From the NCBI RefSeq assembly GCF_009914755.1, contig NC_060948.1: a DNA stretch of 64,000 nucleotides. One strand, 5' to 3'. How positions within the stretch are numbered: the first letter of the stretch is position 1; the number at the start of each line of letters is the position of its first letter. The notes beneath the pieces were generated by a model. The model worked only from the letters and a program-made list of their open reading frames with translations. It had not been told where the DNA came from and did not search any database. Below, piece by piece: positions 58,962 to 64,000 of the stretch. Source of the stretch: the human T2T-CHM13v2.0 reference genome, Homo sapiens. The position numbers and the translations under genes were made by a program.

Positions 58962-58963
<2 letters not shown>

Positions 58964-59278
58964 TCCTGGCCCCTGTTTTTGACTTTCTTTTCTTCAACAT
59001 CAGGGTCACTTGGGAGATAATTAAAAGCTTAACCCCACCAAGAGCTATAGTAATAGGAACTGTGGTGAAGACACTTAAGTCTAACCTATTAAAATGCATT
59101 GCTATCCATTCTGTTATATGCAATATTGCCCTGTATAATTCAAGGAAAGTAAGGCGGATTATTCACCGTAGCCCTAATTTTTCCTGCATGAGTGAATAGA
59201 CATGCACACACAGAAACATACACACATTCATTCACATGCATATGCACGCGCTCAGTAATGTTTGAAAAGTATTGCTGT

Positions 59279-59580
59279 GGTTGGGTGCAGTGGCTCAGTC
59301 CTGTAATCCCAGCACTTTGGAAGACCGAGGTAGGAGGATCACTTGATGTCAGGAATTCGAGATCAGCCTGGCCAATATGGTGAAACCTTGTCTCTACTGA
59401 AAGTACAAAAAAATTGCCCAGGTGTGGTGGTGGGCGTCTGTAATCCCAGCTACTCAGGAGGCTGATGCAGGAGAACTGCTTGGACCAGGGAGGTGGAGGT
59501 TATAGTGAGCCAAGGTCACTGCCACTGCACTCCAGCCAGAGTCTCAATAAATAAATAGATAAATAAATAAATAAGAAAAA
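59279..59580 (+). mobile_element. AluS (Sx/Sz-like)
   Basis: ggatcacttgatgtcaggaattcgagatcagcctggccaa; (TAAA)n tail. Confidence 0.88.
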
Positions 59581-60260
59581 AGGAAAAAGGAAATGTACTG
59601 GTCTAACACAAAGGTAGTAGTTAATTTCTTAACATAGGAAATGACTTCATTGCTGACACCATGTTAATTATTGTTATAAAATCTCAAAATAGACAAAGAA
59701 AAAATAATATCAACTCTACAAGGAAAAACTACTGAAAATATTTGAAGTGGAAGAATCTCCTTGTTTTCTTCAATGTATTTTCAATAAGATTTGACCTCAA
59801 GGTAGGGTCTGGCTTTCAGAACTTCCATGCATCTGCTGTCTTCATCGATACAGGCAAATATCACAACTGGTGTTATTTTCTTCTGCTATGTCCCTACAGT
59901 TTTTTTATCTGGAGGAAAATGGGTACAGTTTCAAACAGATGTTGGCAGTAGCCAACCAGAAAAGCCCTAAAAGTATGCCAGTGGATGGAAGGGGGCCCCA
60001 GAGTATTCTAGGGAATCTCAGTGACTCAGTGAAGTAAGGAGCCAGTCTTTCTAGTCTGCATTAATGAATAAGAAAGAAACTGAATAAGGCAGAGCATAGA
60101 AAGACTCATTTCAAAGGAATCCTGCACTAGGGAGCTCCAAATAGCACTGCAGTATAAAGCTTTATCAGACAACATAGCATGCCCACTGTTCATTCATAGA
60201 TGGTTATGGCAAAGGCATAGATGATGGATATAGAAATAAAGATAGTTATAAATAGATATA

Positions 60261-60675
60261 TGCATTAGTCCATTCTTGCATTGGTATAAAGAAATTCCTG
60301 TGGAAAGGTGATTTATAAGAAAAGAAGCTAAATTTTCTTATGGCTCTGCAGGCTGTACAGGAAGTGTGGTACTGGCACATGCTCAGCTTCTGGGCGGCCT
60401 CAGAGAACTTTTACTCATGGCAGAAGGCAAAGCAGGAGCCGGCATGTCTCATGACAAAAGCAGCAGAAAGAAATAGAGAGTGGGGTAGGGAGGAAGTGTC
60501 ACAGACTTAAACAAGCAGATCTCATAAGAACTCACACACTATTTCAAGGACAGCACCAAGCCATGAGAAATCTGTCTTCATGACCTGAAGACCTCCTACC
60601 AGGCCCCACTCCAACACTGAGGTTTAAAATTCAACATGAGATTTGGCAGGGACACATATCTAATCTATATCATGT
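60261..60675 (-). mobile_element. MST MaLR solo LTR
   Basis: tgcattagtccattcttgcatt...caacatgagatttgg...tatatca. Confidence 0.8.
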
Positions 60676-60713
60676 GGTTATATAGACTTAGATATATTCT
60701 TATAAATAGATTT

Positions 60714-61092
60714 AGACTCATGGGGTGCATAATGACATTTATGTCAACAGAGAAGCATAGATATGAGAGTGGTTCTGTAAGATTATGAGACCATATTTTT
60801 ACAATACCTTTTCTCTGTTTTACAATACTTTTCTCTACAACCACCTTGCAATATGTTTCAGCACAGAAATAATTACCATAGTGTTACAACTGCCTATAGT
60901 ATTTAGTATAAGAACATGCTGTACAGTCTTGTAGCCTAGGAGCAATAAGCTATACCATACAGCCTAGGTATGTAGTAGGCTGTCCCATCTTGGTTTGTGT
61001 AAGTGCATACTAGGATATTCCCTTGATGACAGAGTCAGCCTAACAACTCATTTTTCAGAACATATTCCTATTGTTAAGTGATAGATGACTGT
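60714..61092. mobile_element. Tigger3/MER7-type DNA transposon
   Basis: catgctgtacag..gtagcctaggagcaataagctataccat..gttaagtgatagatgactgta. Confidence 0.78.
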
Positions 61093-62127
61093 AGTTATTT
61101 AGATATAGATAGATATAAATATAACTACATAGATAAAGGTATAGACATAGATAATAGAGATTAGATATAGATACTGTTACAAATATATAAATAAATGAAT
61201 ACATATATAGATATATGTATGGGTATGTTTATGACTATAGATATGGATATGTTTATAGATACAGATGTCATCATAGATAGATATATATGTGGAGATAGAG
61301 ATACAGATGTATAGATACATAGGTATTTGGGTAGATATGGTAATATAGATGTAGATATATAGATATATACATATAGGTATCAGCATAGATATGTAGATAT
61401 ATAGACATAGATGTAATTAAAATATAGCTATATTTATAGATAGAGATGTAGTCATAGATATAGCTGTAATTAGAGATATGTTTATAGATATAGATGTGGT
61501 TATAGATTAGATATATTTATAGTTGTAGTAATAAATATAGATGTATTATAGAAATAGATACAGATGTAGTTATATATAGTTTATATGTAGTTATAGATAT
61601 AGATGTAGTTATAGATAGATTTATAGTTATAGATGTAGTTATATAGATGTAGTTTAGATAGATTTATACTTATAGATGTAGTTATAGATATATTAATATT
61701 TATAGATGTAGTAATAGATATAGATGTAGTTACAGATATAGATACTGATGTAGTTACATAGTTAGAGTTTATATTTAGTTATAGACATAGATGTAGTTAT
61801 AGATATATTTATAGTTATAGATGCAGTTATATAGATGTAGTTATAGATATATTGATATAGATGTAGTTATAGATATATTCATAGTTATGGATATAGTTAT
61901 AGATGTACTTATAGATAAAGTATAGTGTAGATATGCTTGCAGTTATAGATGTATAGATATAGATGTAGTCATAGTTTTAGAAGTAGATGTAGTTATAGGT
62001 GTAGTTATAGATATGGTAATAGATATAGATGTAATACAGATATAGATGCAGTTATAGATATAGACATAGTTACAGTTATAAATGTAATTATAGATATAGA
62101 TGTAGTCATAATTATAGATGTATAGAC
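61093..62127. repeat. ~1 kb degenerate (TAGATA / TAGATGTAGTTA)n tandem repeat
   Basis: Seen directly; strongly C-depleted plus strand. Confidence 0.92.
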
Positions 62128-62129
62128 AG

Positions 62130-62188
62130 TTACTACTTTTACCATTACTCTTCATGGAAAAACCACAATTACTTTTGCATCAACCTAA
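62130..62188. mobile_element. MADE1 fragment
   Basis: ggaaaaaccacaattacttttgcatcaacctaa. Confidence 0.8.
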
Positions 62189-62832
62189 TGTATTCTATAT
62201 GATCTTAATTAAATAAGTGTGTTCTTTTCCTTATATTTGAAAATTTGTTCTGTGCATTTGAATATTTTTATCTCTAATCATACTTAGAAATCAATTCTAT
62301 TTGGACAGTTACTTCTTAGGAATGAAAACAAAAATGGACCTTTAAGAAATATTGAGAATAAAAGGTTGACCGATCTGTTGTGCATTATAGTCTTGTAAAT
62401 TCAGGAGGAGCAGTTCCCAAGTGTTAACTGTGGCTCCACTATTTTTGGGTGGACACACACACACACGCACACACACACAATCATGATCCTACTCATCCCA
62501 CATCTCTGTCTCCAGAAAGACAGCCAATGTATTAGTGCAATATAATGAACAAGTAGGTAAGTAGGTACCTACCTGCTTTGCTTCCTCTAGCTGATGAATG
62601 AAAATTTTAATGTAAGAAACAAAATTTCAGTCCTCTCATTGACTCAGTTCTAACAAAATTGATGATTCTGACTCAATCAACAGAGAAATGAATAAAGTAC
62701 AAAAATTAGTGAAGCTGATGCTATTTTCCCAAAAATCTTCCCTTACGATTATACACCAAAAATATTTAAGAACAGATAATTAATGTTTTTAAAAAGAGGG
62801 TTTCTCTGTGCAAATATTCTCAACAGTACTGT

Positions 62833-63115
62833 ATTTTTTTTTAAGACATCATCTAGCTCTGTCACCCAGGCTGGAGTGCAGTGGCACAATTTCGGCTCAC
62901 TGCAACCCGAGTTCAAGTGATTCTCCTGCCTCAGTCTCCAGAGTAGCTAGGAATACAGGGACCCACCACCATACCTGGCTAATTTTTTATATTTTAGTAG
63001 AAACGGGGTTTCACCATGCTGCCCAGGCTAGTCTTGAACTTGTGAGCTCAGGCAATCCGCCCACCTTGGCCTCCCAAAGTGTTATGATTACAGGCATGAG
63101 CCACTGTGCCCAGCC
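62833..63115 (-). mobile_element. AluS
   Basis: gttcaagtgattctcctgcctcag...ctcaggcaatccgcccaccttggcc. Confidence 0.88.
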
Positions 63116-63671
63116 AATACTATTGTATTTTAAGTCAGCAATATAGTGACAAGGCAAAAGGAGTAAGGAAAATATTATTATGCAATACAGTTACAAGAAC
63201 TGCAATTTCTATTACAATGGTAAATTGGACTCTCAATATATTCAACTTTCTTCAGTTCTCCCAAACCTCAATCCCACACACCCATCATAGTGCTTAATGA
63301 ATCCCTCTTCTCTTCTACAGTTCTGTAAAGACGTGTCATTATTTGGTGTTCATTTTCTTAAATAGCATTTCCTCTCCTGCCTTCTATCAGCACAACTACT
63401 GAAAGTACTTTTAATGTTTGTTGCTAAGTAGCTTAAAACTTTTGCAGTACCTTTTTATGAGAATTCACAGCCATGTGACTGTATCCCTGAATTCCCTGGG
63501 TGACATTGTTTCTTTGTCACCTAGCAACTGCTATGAAGAAAAAGTGAGTAAGAGACAAACATTGGTTGAGTTACATTTTAGAGATGGAGGATTGCTTGTT
63601 ACTGAAGCATCACCTTGTGTATCTGATAGATATATCACTGTTCTGAAGTTGTACAATGGCACCTTGGAACT

Positions 63672-64000
63672 TGATATAGTTTGACCATGTCCCCATGAAA
63701 ACCTCATCTTGAATTGCAACTACCATAATCCCCATGTGTCACTGGAGGGACAAAATGGGAGGTAATTGAATCAGGAGAGCTAGTCTTTCCTGTGCTGCTC
63801 TTATGATAGTTAATAAGTCTTAGGAGAGCTGATGCTTTTATAAAGCAGAGTTTCGCTGTACACACTCTCTTACCTGCCGCCATATAAGATGTGACTATTT
63901 TGTTCCTCATTTGCCTTCCACCATAATTGTGAGGACTTCCCAGCCATGTGGAACTGTGAGTTCATTAAACCTCTATCCTTTATAAATTACCCAGTCTTCA
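63672..64000 (+). mobile_element. THE1 MaLR LTR (runs to window end)
   Basis: tgatatagtttgaccatgtcccc...cccagccatgtggaactgtgagttcattaaacct. Confidence 0.85.

Overview
Human, gene-poor genomic DNA made up almost entirely of retrotransposon, endogenous-retrovirus (ERV) and simple-repeat sequence. The species call rests on an L1HS-Ta element. I see no intact host protein-coding gene, rRNA, tRNA or CRISPR array, and no support for a new multi-gene system. The long ORFs are either low-complexity artefacts (3.2-5.5 kb) or L1/ERV fragments. Main contents: (1) an older 5'-inverted L1PA; (2) an AluJ tail expanded into (AAAG)18(AG)17(AAAG)13 plus a ~2 kb polypurine tract; (3) a nest of MER20 > AluS > LTR3/HML-6-like provirus > {solo LTR6, AluSc}, where the provirus has two different gag matrix domains and out-of-order pol pieces and looks like an inter-group recombinant; (4) a HERV-H48/F-like provirus lacking its 5' LTR and carrying a 133-bp inverted duplication in env; (5) an LTR12/ERV9 provirus with both LTRs and a 4-bp target-site duplication (TSD); (6) a young L1HS Ta-0 insertion combining twin-priming inversion, a 28-bp junction duplication and a 45-bp 3' transduction. 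Family names come from recalled consensus motifs, not from a search, and boundaries of the old repeats are approximate.
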